A DNA stretch of 64,000 nucleotides from a bacterium (GCA_963675755.2 CAXXMD010000002.1:512001-576000), one strand, 5' to 3'. Shown: positions 32,371 to 42,948, numbered from the stretch's first letter. A program made the numbers and translations. The notes: generated by a model not told the origin, from the letters alone.

Positions 32371-32721
32371 ATGTTGTCAACAATGTTATATGTTTTTGCC
32401 ATGGCAGGCGGTACAGCACCACAATCAGGCGAAGCAGCAAATCCAATAGGTATGTTTTTGCCCATCATTTTGATCTTTGCGATCATGTACTTGTTGATAT
32501 TCCGTCCGCAAGCTAAAAAACAAAAAGAACATCAGAAAATGTTGAACACGCTTGACAAAGGTGTTGAAGTTGTTACTGCCGGTGGTATTTATGGAACAGT
32601 AATGGGTTTAAAAAAGAATGACACTGTAGTCATTTTAAAAATTGCTGACAATGTGAAAATTGATATTTCCAAATCTTCAATTTCTCAGATTATAGTACCC
32701 GAAGACGCACACAAGAAATAG
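32371..32721 (+). CDS. yajC: Preprotein translocase subunit YajC
   Basis: MYLLIFRPQAKKQK, VVTAGGIYG; follows tgt. Confidence 0.95.
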   Translation: MLSTMLYVFAMAGGTAPQSGEAANPIGMFLPIILIFAIMYLLIFRPQAKKQKEHQKMLNTLDKGVEVVTAGGIYGTVMGLKKNDTVVILKIADNVKIDISKSSISQIIVPEDAHKK

Positions 32722-32734
32722 TTGGCATACTGTT

Positions 32735-33664
32735 ATGAAAATTGTTTTTATGGGAACACCAGAATTTGCTGTTCCCTGTTTTAATACTTTATTAAAGCAC
32801 CATGATATTGTTGGTGTTGTCACTGTTCCGGATAAACCCGCAGGAAGAGGGCGGAAGCTAAAAGCTTCAGCAATCAAACAGGCTGCTTTAGATGCTGGCA
32901 TCCCCATTGCTCAACCTGAGGATTTAAAATCCGTTGATTTTATTGATCAGTTGAAAGAGTGGAACGCAGATCTTTATGCTGTTGTGGCATTCAGAATTTT
33001 ACCTGAAATTGTTTTTACCATTCCACCAAAAGGAACAGTGAATTTACATGCTTCACTTTTACCTCAATTGCGAGGAGCGGCTCCAATCAACTGGGCTTTA
33101 ATCAATGGTGACAAAAAATCCGGTGTTACTACTTTTTTTATTGAAAGAAAAGTAGATACCGGAAATATTTTATTACAGCAAAGTGTAGAGTTGACTCCTT
33201 ATACTTCAGCCGGTGAATTGCATGACCTGTTATCAGAAACAGGTGCTCAGGTACTACTGGAAACCTGTAATGGTATTGAAGACAATACACTAAAAGCTCA
33301 ACCTCAGAATGGTGAGGTTACTCTGGCTCCCAAGATCACCAAAGAATTGTGCAATATCGATTGGAACCAGTCTGCCAAAGATATCCATAACCTGATACGC
33401 GGATTGTCTCCTTTTCCAGGCGCTTTTTCTTATCTTGATGGTAAACAAGTAAAAATCATAAAAACTGAATTTTCCGATGAAATCAAAGAGCCAAGTGTAC
33501 CCGGAAAAATTTCTCAAATCGGAAAGTCTGAAATACAGGTTGAAACTTTGAAAGGTACTTTGATAATCAAAGAACTCAAACCTGAAGGCAAACGTTCAAT
33601 GTCAGTTGAAGAGTATTTACGCGGTAATTCTCTGGAATCTGGTAAAATATTTGGTGAACATTAA
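32735..33664 (+). CDS. fmt: Methionyl-tRNA formyltransferase
   Basis: MKIVFMGTPEFA, PDKPAGRG, NLHASLLP..RGAAPI, DTG. Confidence 0.97.
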   Translation: MKIVFMGTPEFAVPCFNTLLKHHDIVGVVTVPDKPAGRGRKLKASAIKQAALDAGIPIAQPEDLKSVDFIDQLKEWNADLYAVVAFRILPEIVFTIPPKGTVNLHASLLPQLRGAAPINWALINGDKKSGVTTFFIERKVDTGNILLQQSVELTPYTSAGELHDLLSETGAQVLLETCNGIEDNTLKAQPQNGEVTLAPKITKELCNIDWNQSAKDIHNLIRGLSPFPGAFSYLDGKQVKIIKTEFSDEIKEPSVPGKISQIGKSEIQVETLKGTLIIKELKPEGKRSMSVEEYLRGNSLESGKIFGEH

Positions 33665-33668
33665 TCTT

Positions 33669-35003
33669 ATGGGTTCATCAATAAAAAGCACTGCAAGATA
33701 TTGGGCCTTTCAAGCAATTGCACGAATAGAAGGTGACAATGCTTATACGGATTTGGTATTATCATCACTATTAGACAAGAGCAGGAAATTTACTAAAGAA
33801 CAGGCTGCAATTAATGAAATTGTCAAAGGTGTTATAACGTGGAAGCTTTTACTTGACTGGATTGCAAAATCATTTTTAAATAAACCTGAATCTATTCCGC
33901 AAGAGATTATCTGGCTTTTGTGGTTAGGTATTTACCAGATAAAGTTTTTAAATACACCTGATTTTGCCGCTGTCAATGAAACCGTAGAGCTGGCAAAAGC
34001 TTTGAGATTACCCAAATGGACTCGATTAATTAATGCTGTATTGAGGAATACCATACGTAATGCGGACTCTGTACAGCTACCGGATAAAGACAAAGAACCT
34101 GTCAAATTTTTATCTGTTTCCCAATCCCATCCGGAATGGTTAATTGAACATTGGTTAGATGAATTTGGATTTAAAAAGACAGAATCTTTGTGCAAGGCAA
34201 ATAACAAAGTTCCCAATGTTTCAATTAGAATTAACCCGATAAAAACAACGGGTGAACATGTTGAACGATTGTTTCAGGAAAATCAATTCAACTATAAAAA
34301 ATCAAAACTGCCCGGTTTTTACCGCATATCTCAAATGGATAGTGCTGTTTTTCGCCGGATGATTAATGATGGATTAATTACAGTTCAGGATGAAAGTGCA
34401 GGCCTGGTTTCATTACTTGTTGATCCACAACCGCAAGAATTAATATTTGATCTTTGTGCTGCTCCGGGTGGAAAGACAACACATCTTGCTGAATTATGTA
34501 AAGATGCTGCTGTTATAATTGCTGGTGATTTAAATTCAGCACGTACAGGATTGGTCAGGAAAACAGCGCAACGGTTGGGATTGAATTCTATCAATACCAT
34601 GACTTCTGATGCTTTACATTTTCCAGCAAAAGAAGCTGATTGTGTACTTGTAGACGCTCCTTGTTCCGGTTTGGGAGTTTTACGAAAAAAGCCGGATTTA
34701 CGATGGAACAAATCAAATGCAGATATTTCATCGTTAAATACTATACAGAAAAATATTTTGCACCATGCTGCACAACTGGTAAAAAATGGTGGAACTCTGG
34801 TTTACAGTACGTGTACAATTGAAAAAAGAGAAAATGAAAATATAATATTTGATTTTCTTGAAAAAAATCCCAATTTTAGTTTACAAAATTTAGAAACAAA
34901 TACATTATTGAATCGTTTTTTAACAAAAGAAAAAATGATACGTACCTGGCCTGATCAAGATAATATGGATGGTAGTTTTTCCGTTAAACTGATAAAAAAT
35001 TAA
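33669..35003 (+). CDS. rsmB: 16S rRNA m5C967 methyltransferase (NusB-like + SAM domain)
   Basis: AAVNETVE, SHPEW, VQDE, DLCAAPGGKT, DAPCSGLG, YSTCT. ATG 33669 preferred. Confidence 0.95.
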   Translation: MGSSIKSTARYWAFQAIARIEGDNAYTDLVLSSLLDKSRKFTKEQAAINEIVKGVITWKLLLDWIAKSFLNKPESIPQEIIWLLWLGIYQIKFLNTPDFAAVNETVELAKALRLPKWTRLINAVLRNTIRNADSVQLPDKDKEPVKFLSVSQSHPEWLIEHWLDEFGFKKTESLCKANNKVPNVSIRINPIKTTGEHVERLFQENQFNYKKSKLPGFYRISQMDSAVFRRMINDGLITVQDESAGLVSLLVDPQPQELIFDLCAAPGGKTTHLAELCKDAAVIIAGDLNSARTGLVRKTAQRLGLNSINTMTSDALHFPAKEADCVLVDAPCSGLGVLRKKPDLRWNKSNADISSLNTIQKNILHHAAQLVKNGGTLVYSTCTIEKRENENIIFDFLEKNPNFSLQNLETNTLLNRFLTKEKMIRTWPDQDNMDGSFSVKLIKN

Positions 35004-35015
35004 AGGAATTTAATT

Positions 35016-35792
35016 TTGAAAAAGATAAACTGGAAATCTTTTTTTCAATGGTTTCTATTTAGCATTACAACAATTTTAATTTTTTTGCTTTTTTATTTCA
35101 TTTTTGATAAAATTGTAATGCCTTTATATACCAGACATTCACAACAAGTTGTTGTACCTGATATTACGAATAAAAGCATGCGTGTTTCTGAAAAATTGTT
35201 AAAAGATTCCAAATTGAATCTTGTGGTACATGAAGAAAAGTTTGATAGTAATTATCCTCCGGGATTTGTACTTTTTCAAAATCCAGCTCCCGGTTCAAAG
35301 GTTAAAAAGGGAAGACGTATATATTTAACTGTTGGCAAAGGTCAACAAATTATTGAAATGCCTCAATTAATTGGAAATTCCGAGCGTGATGCTAAATTTA
35401 TACTTTCTCAAAATAAACTGGTATTGAAAAATATTAAATATAAAAATGATAATGAATACCTTGTTGGTGTTACCTGTAATCAGTCTGTATCTCCTGGTGA
35501 AATGATTGCCGTTGGTGAAGAAATTAACATTACAGTTAGTCTTGGTAGAGATCCTAACCGGGTAATTGTACCCGAAGTTGTTGGGAAATCACTTAAAGAT
35601 GCTATTTATAGTTTAAAATCAGCAGGTCTTTTTATAACTGAATATGAATATCAAAGTACCGATAAAGTTTTGCCCAACACAGTTTTAGGACAATCTCTTT
35701 CTCCCGGTACGCAGGTAACCAAAAATGATTCAATCCGTCTTGTTCTCAGTAAACTTCCCGGAAATGTGGATGAGGAGAAATTGCAATGGTAA
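35016..35792 (+). CDS. Membrane-anchored 3x PASTA-domain protein (no kinase domain)
   Basis: N-terminal TM followed by VPDIT...Q.P.PG.KVK, MPQLIG and VPEVVG repeats. Confidence 0.88.
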   Translation: MKKINWKSFFQWFLFSITTILIFLLFYFIFDKIVMPLYTRHSQQVVVPDITNKSMRVSEKLLKDSKLNLVVHEEKFDSNYPPGFVLFQNPAPGSKVKKGRRIYLTVGKGQQIIEMPQLIGNSERDAKFILSQNKLVLKNIKYKNDNEYLVGVTCNQSVSPGEMIAVGEEINITVSLGRDPNRVIVPEVVGKSLKDAIYSLKSAGLFITEYEYQSTDKVLPNTVLGQSLSPGTQVTKNDSIRLVLSKLPGNVDEEKLQW

Positions 35793-36436
35793 AAATAGCC
35801 CCGTCAGTTCTTAGTGCAGATTTTGCATATATGTCAGACCAGATACAGGATGCAGAAAAGGGTGGAGCCGATTGGATACATCTGGATATTATGGATGGCC
35901 ACTTTGTGCCCAATATAACCTTTGGTCCATTTATCATTAAAAGTTTAAGAAAACTTACCAATTTGACTTTTGATGCACATCTGATGATAGAAAATGCAGA
36001 TTTATATCTTGAAGATTTTAAAAATGCTGGTGTTGATCAGCTTACAGTCCATTATGAGGCATGCCCGCATTTGTGGAGCACAATCGATAAAATCCATTCA
36101 CTTGGTTTAAAAGCAGGAGTTACTCTGAATCCTGCAACCCCAGTTTCGCTTATTGAACCCGTTTTACATAAAGTAGAGTTGGTACTGGTTATGACAGTAG
36201 AACCAGGTTTTGGTGGACAAAAGTTTATACCTGAAATGTTGGAAAAAATTCAACATTTATATCAATTCAAAGTAATGAACGGTTTAGACTATCATATACA
36301 GGTAGACGGCGGAATTGATAAGGAAACCGCACCTCTTGTTGTAAATGCCGGTGCAGACGTTTTGGTTGCAGGAAGTGCTATTTTCAACAATAAAGATATA
36401 AAAGCTGCCATAGATAACTTAAAAGCCGTTTTGTAG
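35786..36436 (+). CDS. rpe: Ribulose-phosphate 3-epimerase
   Basis: IAPSVLSADF, HLDIMDGHFVPN, DAHLM, NPATP, EPGFGGQ, VDGGI. Confidence 0.97.
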   Translation: MVKIAPSVLSADFAYMSDQIQDAEKGGADWIHLDIMDGHFVPNITFGPFIIKSLRKLTNLTFDAHLMIENADLYLEDFKNAGVDQLTVHYEACPHLWSTIDKIHSLGLKAGVTLNPATPVSLIEPVLHKVELVLVMTVEPGFGGQKFIPEMLEKIQHLYQFKVMNGLDYHIQVDGGIDKETAPLVVNAGADVLVAGSAIFNNKDIKAAIDNLKAVL

Positions 36437-36475
36437 ATATAAATAGAAATTTTTTTCGAATAAATTAAATTTCTC

Positions 36476-36504
36476 TTGACACTCTCCCTTTTGGTTTATA
36501 TATT
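36476..36504 (+). promoter_or_regulatory. Putative sigma70 promoter for the cold-shock gene
   Basis: TTGACA-N17-TATATT. Confidence 0.65.
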
Positions 36505-36562
36505 ATTATGTCAATATAATTTTTATTTTTATTAAAATTTTTGCCAAAAGCAGGAGGGAAAA

Positions 36563-36763
36563 ATGCCAATAGGCAAAGTTAAATGGTTCAATGACAGTAA
36601 GGGTTTTGGCTTTATAGAGCAAGAAAATGGTGATGATGTTTTTGTTCATTATTCAGTGATAGATATGGATGGCTTTAAAACATTATCCGAAGGTCTTGAT
36701 GTAGAGTTTGATGTTCGGAATAGTGATAAAGGACTGCAGGCAACACGTGTTACTAAAGCTTAA
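36563..36763 (+). CDS. csp: Cold-shock protein (CspA family)
   Basis: [36 protein letters not shown]. Confidence 0.97.
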   Translation: MPIGKVKWFNDSKGFGFIEQENGDDVFVHYSVIDMDGFKTLSEGLDVEFDVRNSDKGLQATRVTKA

Positions 36764-36784
36764 ATTACCCATAATTTATTGACG

Positions 36785-36817
36785 AGCCCCGCATTTTTTT
36801 ATGCGGGGTTTTTTTTT
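36785..36817 (+). terminator. Rho-independent terminator after csp
   Basis: AGCCCCGCAT-T6-ATGCGGGGTT followed by a T-run. Confidence 0.85.
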
Positions 36818-36874
36818 GTTAAAAAAATATTTATTTGGATTATTTAAAATTATTTTAATACATTGTACTATTAG

Positions 36875-37342
36875 ATGGATGAAAATACAAGGCTGGTAAT
36901 GAAACAGGTATTTACAAAAAAAGATATAGATAAAATTGCACACGTGCTGGATGTTGAACCCAAGCATAAGGGCAATAATTATCGGTTTGTTCTTGTTAAT
37001 CCCGATACGATGCAGCAATTGTCTTTTGAAATTTATCCTGATATTCCCATTGGAAACAAAACCGGAAATCTGGTCTGTGTTTATGCTCCATTTGCACATT
37101 TGCAGCTTCATTTTTGTACTGGTTATGTAGTAAGCGAAATGCTTGGTGAGGTAACTTTTATTGGCGAAAGTGGAGATAAATTGTCTGGTTTGATCATTGA
37201 AAAGGGTGCAGGTTGTTCAATGCATTCCAATGTTGATAAGGAGATCTTATCCGGAGATTTTACCACATTAGGGCCCGAAATCATGTTATCTGGTATTGCT
37301 CTGTCTTTAGCTGAAGATATTTTGCCTGATACTAAAGAATAG
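36875..37342 (+). CDS. Hypothetical protein upstream of xerD
   Basis: 155-aa ORF with normal composition, ending 6 nt before xerD. No family recognised. Confidence 0.7.
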   Translation: MDENTRLVMKQVFTKKDIDKIAHVLDVEPKHKGNNYRFVLVNPDTMQQLSFEIYPDIPIGNKTGNLVCVYAPFAHLQLHFCTGYVVSEMLGEVTFIGESGDKLSGLIIEKGAGCSMHSNVDKEILSGDFTTLGPEIMLSGIALSLAEDILPDTKE

Positions 37343-37348
37343 TTGTAG

Positions 37349-38257
37349 ATGGATTTACATGATCACCTCAAGGGGTTTATTGATTATTTAAGAATTGAAC
37401 GCCAGGTTTCTTTAAATACCGTTGAAGCTTATGAACGTGATTTAAAAAGATATATTGACCATCTTTTTCATCTTGAATTGTTACCTCAGGAACCCATAAC
37501 ACCAGACCATATAGAATCCTATTTGGAAATGCTGCACGAGATGCATCTTGCATCTACATCCATATCCAGAAATTTATCTGCTGTCAGATCATTTCACCAG
37601 TTTTTGCTTGGTGAAGGGATCTTTACTAAAGACCCAACCGAAAATATGAACATTCCCAAACCCTGGATGAAATTACCCGAGGTTTTGGATGTTCAAGACA
37701 TAGAGGTTTTACTGGAACAGCCAGATGTTTCAACGGGTAAAGGTATTCGTGATCGGGCAATTATAGAGTACATGTATGCTACAGGTGTGCGTGTAACGGA
37801 ATTGGTCAACTTGAAAATGCAGGATATTTTATGGGATGATGAATTTGTCCGTGTGTTGGGTAAAGGAAACAAAGTAAGGTATATCCCGGTAAGTCAATCT
37901 GCTCTGAAATGGATTCAACAATACTATAAAACACATCGCGTTAGACTTGCTTCGTTTGGTTTATCTGGTGATCGTGTGTTTCTCAATAAATCCGGTAAAA
38001 AATTGAGCAGACAATCCATTTGGAAAATGTTAAAAGCTTATGCCTTGCAAGGAGGCATTGAAAAGTTTATCAGTCCTCATTCATTACGTCATTCATTTGC
38101 AACACATCTATTGGAAGGTGGTGCAGATTTAAGAGCTGTACAGGAAATGTTGGGGCATGCCAGTATTACAACAACGCAAATATATACACATCTTGACAGA
38201 GAGATGTTAAAGGAAGTCATTAATACGTTTCATCCTATACAGAACAAAAATCTTTGA
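37349..38257 (+). CDS. xerD: Tyrosine recombinase XerD
   Basis: SLNTVEAYERDL, RDRA..E.MYATGVRVTEL, GKGNKVR, SPHSLRHSFATHLL, LGHASITTTQIYTH. Confidence 0.93.
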   Translation: MDLHDHLKGFIDYLRIERQVSLNTVEAYERDLKRYIDHLFHLELLPQEPITPDHIESYLEMLHEMHLASTSISRNLSAVRSFHQFLLGEGIFTKDPTENMNIPKPWMKLPEVLDVQDIEVLLEQPDVSTGKGIRDRAIIEYMYATGVRVTELVNLKMQDILWDDEFVRVLGKGNKVRYIPVSQSALKWIQQYYKTHRVRLASFGLSGDRVFLNKSGKKLSRQSIWKMLKAYALQGGIEKFISPHSLRHSFATHLLEGGADLRAVQEMLGHASITTTQIYTHLDREMLKEVINTFHPIQNKNL

Positions 38258-39006
38258 ATCTCATGCAACAAAATTATATTGGAAATAATGTAATACTTTT
38301 AAATACTGTGGATTCCACCAATGCTTATCTGCGGCGAAATTCTGATTTACCCTGTGGTACTGTGGTTTCAACTGAATACCAGACAAAGGGTAAAGGCAGA
38401 GGGGGCAAAATATGGATTTCGGAACGTAACAATGGGTTGCTTTTTTCTTTTAAATTTAATCCTAATATCCTGGCCAAAGATTCAGTATACCTGATGTATT
38501 TAACATCTGTTGTTTTGTCAAAATATTTAAATGAAAAATATAATATTTCGACAGGTATAAAGTGGCCCAATGATATCTATATTGAAAATAAAAAGTTAGC
38601 CGGTATATTATTAGAAGCAAAATCCGGAAGAAAAAGTATTAAATATGTGGTTATAGGTATTGGTGTAAATATATCTGAAAATCAGGATAAAAAACATCTG
38701 CCTGATAATTATTGTTTTCTTGATAATTATATTACACAAACGTTTGATAAATTGGAATTTCTATTTGGCTTTATTGACTATTTCAATATTTATTATTATT
38801 CTGTGATTAAGAATGAAAATTTTTTCAAAGTTGTTTCTGATTGGAATAAACACTGCATTCATATCGATAAGGTGATAGAGATCACTACACATTCTCAAAA
38901 AAACAAGTATATATTTAAACGGTTGGATGAATCGGGTGCCATTCTGGTAGAGTCTGATAATGGTCAAAAACTGTTGACAAACGTAGAGGAAATTATATGC
39001 TGTTAG
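38254..39006 (+). CDS. birA: Biotin-[acetyl-CoA-carboxylase] ligase (no HTH domain)
   Basis: VDSTN, QTKGKGRGGKIW, IKWPNDI, KKLAGILLE, GIGVN. Confidence 0.93.
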   Translation: MNLMQQNYIGNNVILLNTVDSTNAYLRRNSDLPCGTVVSTEYQTKGKGRGGKIWISERNNGLLFSFKFNPNILAKDSVYLMYLTSVVLSKYLNEKYNISTGIKWPNDIYIENKKLAGILLEAKSGRKSIKYVVIGIGVNISENQDKKHLPDNYCFLDNYITQTFDKLEFLFGFIDYFNIYYYSVIKNENFFKVVSDWNKHCIHIDKVIEITTHSQKNKYIFKRLDESGAILVESDNGQKLLTNVEEIICC

Positions 39007-39761
39007 CTATTGATATTGGTAATACACAAATTGCTGCCGGACTTTTTAAAAAAGATAATCTTGTAGCTCATTGGAGACTTGCCAGTTCAATAAATCGAAC
39101 AGAAGACGAAACCTGGATAACTATGAAAGCTATTGCTGACTCGCTTGGTTTTGATATAATGAAATCCACAGGTGTGGCAGTATCTTCGGTGGTTCCAACC
39201 ATGACTGCTACTTTTGATAAATTATCAAAAAAATACCTGAATCTAGACCCGTTAATAGTCAGCCATCAGACTTTACATAATATAATTCTGAATTATGAAA
39301 ATCCTGCAAATGTTGGCGCTGATCGAATATGCAATGCAGAAGCCGGCTATGAAAAGTATAAAACTTCTTTGATTATAGTAGATCTAGGAACAGCAACAAC
39401 TTTTGATGTTATTGATTCAAAAGGCACTTATTTGGGTGGAGTTATCGCTCCGGGAATAGAGTCATCTTCTTCGATACTGCATGAAAAAGCTGCCCGTTTA
39501 CCCAAAGTTGAGCTGGATTTCCCTGATTCCGTTATCGGCCGCTCCACTGAAGCCAGTATGCAATCTGGTATTATGTATGGTGCGGTTGAAATGGTTAAGG
39601 GTTTTGTAAACAAGATTAATCTGGAGCTGGGTCATTCTCATACTTTATTGATAACAGGAGGGCTTGGTAAATTTATAATGAGTAAACTTGATGATGAATA
39701 TATACTTGAACCTTTTTTAACGCTTGAAGGGTTAAAGATTCTTTTTCAAAATAGAAAATAA
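38997..39761 (+). CDS. coaX: Type III pantothenate kinase
   Basis: LAIDIGNT, SSVVP, VGADR, VDLGTATTFD, GGVIAPG, TGG. Confidence 0.96.
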   Translation: MLLAIDIGNTQIAAGLFKKDNLVAHWRLASSINRTEDETWITMKAIADSLGFDIMKSTGVAVSSVVPTMTATFDKLSKKYLNLDPLIVSHQTLHNIILNYENPANVGADRICNAEAGYEKYKTSLIIVDLGTATTFDVIDSKGTYLGGVIAPGIESSSSILHEKAARLPKVELDFPDSVIGRSTEASMQSGIMYGAVEMVKGFVNKINLELGHSHTLLITGGLGKFIMSKLDDEYILEPFLTLEGLKILFQNRK

Positions 39762-39857
39762 CGCTTTTTTTATATAGAAAATATTTTATATTATTAATTG
39801 TATCAAATCTGGGGTAGATTTGGTCCTATTTACTATTGTGATGATAGGGATGATGAA

Positions 39858-41762
39858 ATGGAACATAAAGAACAGATACTAGTTGTTGAAGATGATCAGG
39901 TTCTTGCGGATTTACTATGGCGTAATTTGCGGAAACTACAATATGTTGTAACTGATGTTGTTTTATCTGGTGAAGAAGCATTAAAAAAAGCAGAGTCTAA
40001 ACGCCCTGACTTGGTACTTATGGATATACGTCTGGGTGGTCAAATGACAGGTATTGAGACTGCTGATTTAATGCGTACCCGGTTTAACCTCCCAGTAGTA
40101 TATGTAACAGCCTACTCTGATAAAGAAACTCTAGATAAAGTTAAAAAAACTGAACCCTATGGTTATATTTTAAAGCCTTTTGATTCCAAAGATTTACAAA
40201 TTGCCATTGAAATGGCATTGTATAAACATAAAATTGAAAAAAGACTTCGCGAAAGAGAAATCTGGTTCTCTACCACTTTAAAGAGTATTGGTGATGCAGT
40301 AATCAGTACTGACAATAATGGCAATATAACTTTTATGAATCCGATTGCTCAAAAACTCACGGGCTGGTCTTTAAAAGAAGCACGTGGAGTTTATATTGAT
40401 GATGTTTTCAATATTATTAGCAGTGTTGGAAGGCATCAACTTGCAAGTCCTGTTCAGGCGGTTATTGCACGTAATAGCATCATTAATTATTCTGTACCCA
40501 AGATACTTTTAAGTAAAGATGGTACAGAAATTAGCATTGATGATTCCTGGGCACCTATTCATAATGATGATAATAATCAATTGAGTGGTATTGTTCTCGT
40601 TTTTCGTGATATTACAGAACGAAAGAAACTTGAAGAAGATGTGCAAAAGAACCAAAAAATAGAATCCATTGGTTTATTAGCCGGTGGTATTGCACATGAT
40701 TTTAATAACCGATTGTCTGTAATTCTGGGTAATGCTCAGCTTGCCAAACTCAACTATGACAAAGGTAAAGATATCAGCAAATACCTGGACAATATTGAAA
40801 AAAGTACAGACCAGGCAACAACATTGACACAACAATTGCTCACCTTTTCCAAGGGTGGAGAGCCGGTTAAAAAAGTTAGTGATATTAAAGATCTTATCCG
40901 TGAAACCGCAAACTTGTCACTTAGTGGATCAAACGAAAAATGTGTTTTTGATATTGTCTATAACCTTTATCCTGTGAATGTAGACAAGGGACAAATAAGC
41001 CAGGTAATAAATAATATTGTATTGAATGCAGATCAAGCCATGCCCAATGGTGGTATTATTTATATTAATGCAAAAAATATTACCTTGAATGATCATGAAG
41101 TTCAAACTTTGAGTCCTGGGAAATACATAAAAATAGAGATTGTTGATAGCGGCTCCGGAATGGATGACGAGACCATTCACAAAATTTTTGATCCCTATTT
41201 TACAACAAAGCAAAAAGGCAGTGGTTTAGGATTATCTGTTGCTTATTCTATTGTAAGAAAACATGGCGGCGCTATTTTGGTAGATTCTGTCAAAGATTCT
41301 GGATCTACTTTTTCTGTTTTCCTCCCGGCGGTTGAAGAAAAGATCAAGGAAGAAGAAAAAGAAAAAGAACGTGCTTTTAAAGGAGCAGGCAAAGTTTTAG
41401 TTATGGATGATGAAGAACTTGTACTGCAAATGGTTGGAGATATTCTCAAAGGCGTTGGTTATGAAATAGAATTGGCAACAGATGGTATTGCAGCTATTGA
41501 GCATTACCAGGGTGCCTTAAAAGCTGGAAGTCCTTTTGATGTTGTACTCTTGGATCTCACTGTACCTGGTGGAATGGGCGGTAAGGAGACTGTTCAAAAA
41601 CTTATTGAGATCGATCCCAACGTGAAAGCCGTTGTTTCAAGTGGTTATTCTAATGATCCTATTATGGCAAATTTTAAACAATATGGTATAGCAGGGGTTA
41701 TAGCAAAACCGTATAGAATTATGGAATTATGTAAGACGTTGAAAGCTGTTGTGGAAGATTAA
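39858..41762 (+). CDS. Hybrid sensor kinase REC-PAS-HisKA-HATPase-REC
   Basis: ILVVEDD/LMDI/KP; SIGDAVI..D...ITFMN (PAS); LAGGIAHDFNN; NADQAM, DSGSG, FDPYFTTK, GSGLGL; VMDDE/LLDL/KPY. ATG 39858 preferred. Confidence 0.93.
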   Translation: MEHKEQILVVEDDQVLADLLWRNLRKLQYVVTDVVLSGEEALKKAESKRPDLVLMDIRLGGQMTGIETADLMRTRFNLPVVYVTAYSDKETLDKVKKTEPYGYILKPFDSKDLQIAIEMALYKHKIEKRLREREIWFSTTLKSIGDAVISTDNNGNITFMNPIAQKLTGWSLKEARGVYIDDVFNIISSVGRHQLASPVQAVIARNSIINYSVPKILLSKDGTEISIDDSWAPIHNDDNNQLSGIVLVFRDITERKKLEEDVQKNQKIESIGLLAGGIAHDFNNRLSVILGNAQLAKLNYDKGKDISKYLDNIEKSTDQATTLTQQLLTFSKGGEPVKKVSDIKDLIRETANLSLSGSNEKCVFDIVYNLYPVNVDKGQISQVINNIVLNADQAMPNGGIIYINAKNITLNDHEVQTLSPGKYIKIEIVDSGSGMDDETIHKIFDPYFTTKQKGSGLGLSVAYSIVRKHGGAILVDSVKDSGSTFSVFLPAVEEKIKEEEKEKERAFKGAGKVLVMDDEELVLQMVGDILKGVGYEIELATDGIAAIEHYQGALKAGSPFDVVLLDLTVPGGMGGKETVQKLIEIDPNVKAVVSSGYSNDPIMANFKQYGIAGVIAKPYRIMELCKTLKAVVED

Positions 41763-41783
41763 GCTGGAATTGAAGATATAAAC

Positions 41784-41820
41784 AAAAAAGGCTGATCAAT
41801 TATTTGATCAGCCTTTTTTT
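41784..41820. terminator. Bidirectional Rho-independent terminator
   Basis: AAAAAAGGCTGATCAA-TTAT-TTGATCAGCCTTTTTTT between convergent genes. Confidence 0.88.
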
Positions 41821-41824
41821 ATAA

Positions 41825-42055
41825 TTAAACCGAAACGACTTCTTTAATTTCCGGAATATTTTTAATTATTTCTCTTTCAATGCCCATCTTTAATGTCATT
41901 TGGGCCATAGGACATGTACCGCAAGCACCTTGCAATTTAACTTTGACTATGCCGTCAGATACTTCAACCAACTCTACATTTCCACCGTCAGCCATCAATG
42001 CGGGCCTGATTGTATCAATCACTTGTTCAACTTTATCAAAAAGCTGTTCACTCAT
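41825..42055 (-). CDS. NifU C-terminal (Nfu) Fe-S carrier protein
   Basis: IRPALMADGGNVELV, LQGACGTCP, TLKMGIE. Confidence 0.95.
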   Translation of the reverse strand: MSEQLFDKVEQVIDTIRPALMADGGNVELVEVSDGIVKVKLQGACGTCPMAQMTLKMGIEREIIKNIPEIKEVVSV

Positions 42056-42067
42056 TTTAATTATCCT

Positions 42068-42913
42068 CTAGTTTGTTTCTGTGTTTGTTTCTTCTGCCGG
42101 TACCAATGCCTCGTCTCGTATTACATATGATTTTGCCGGGCATTTTTTAACGGCATTATATAATTCTTCACTGTTAATATCTTTAATGACAGGTATATTT
42201 CCGTTCATTTCAATTGCCTGAGAGGGAGTAACTTTGGGTGTTGTACAAATTTTACAACCAAAACAGCCCACTTTACAGACAGATTTTACAGCTTTCAGCT
42301 TATCTTGAGAGATACATCCCAAATAAACATTTTGTTTTCTGGGTATCAGTGCCATTATACCTCTAGGACAGGTAGAAACACAGATTCCACAAGCTGTACA
42401 TTTTTCTTCATCAACAACGGGTAAACCGTTAGCATCCATGTGCATTGCATCAAAAGGACAAGCCTTAACACATGAACCTAATCCAAGACAGCCATACTTG
42501 CAAGCTTTTTGACCACCGCCAACAAGTACTGCAGCGTTACAATCGTCAATTCCATCATAAATAAATTTTTCTTCAGCCAGTTCTTTGCTGCCCTGGCATT
42601 GTACAACCGCAACTTTGGGATCTTCAAGCTCAACCGCCAGACCCAGAATGTCTGAAATTTTTTCTGCAACAGCTTGTCCACCAGGTGTACATTTGTTGGG
42701 AGGTACAGCTCCGCTTGCAACTGCTTCTGCATAAGCATTACATCCGGGTTGGCCGCATGCACCACAATTTGCACCAGGAAGTGTTTCAATAATTAAACTA
42801 ACTTTGGGATCCACTTCAACTGCGAATTTTTTTGAAGCGAAAGCAAGTCCGGCACCAAATAAAAAACCTAATCCAGCTAACGCAATAATAGAAGAAATAA
42901 ATAGGGGGTCCAT
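42068..42913 (-). CDS. rnfB: RnfB-like electron transport polyferredoxin
   Basis: N-terminal TM, LPGANCGACGQPGC, CTPGG, CKYGCLGLGSCVKACP, CTACGICVSTCP, CKVGCFGCKIC. Confidence 0.9.
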   Translation of the reverse strand: MDPLFISSIIALAGLGFLFGAGLAFASKKFAVEVDPKVSLIIETLPGANCGACGQPGCNAYAEAVASGAVPPNKCTPGGQAVAEKISDILGLAVELEDPKVAVVQCQGSKELAEEKFIYDGIDDCNAAVLVGGGQKACKYGCLGLGSCVKACPFDAMHMDANGLPVVDEEKCTACGICVSTCPRGIMALIPRKQNVYLGCISQDKLKAVKSVCKVGCFGCKICTTPKVTPSQAIEMNGNIPVIKDINSEELYNAVKKCPAKSYVIRDEALVPAEETNTETN

Positions 42914-42948
42914 CTCGTCACCATATGCTATTTAATATTTCCTAAACC

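Noticed and set aside
35016-35792. PASTA repeats without a Ser/Thr kinase domain
   Set aside because: Stand-alone membrane PASTA proteins are already known in FCB-group bacteria, and there is no sign of truncation.
37349-38257. Tyrosine recombinase as a possible phage or island integrase
   Set aside because: Typical XerD length and motifs, embedded among housekeeping genes; no att repeats, tRNA or phage genes nearby.
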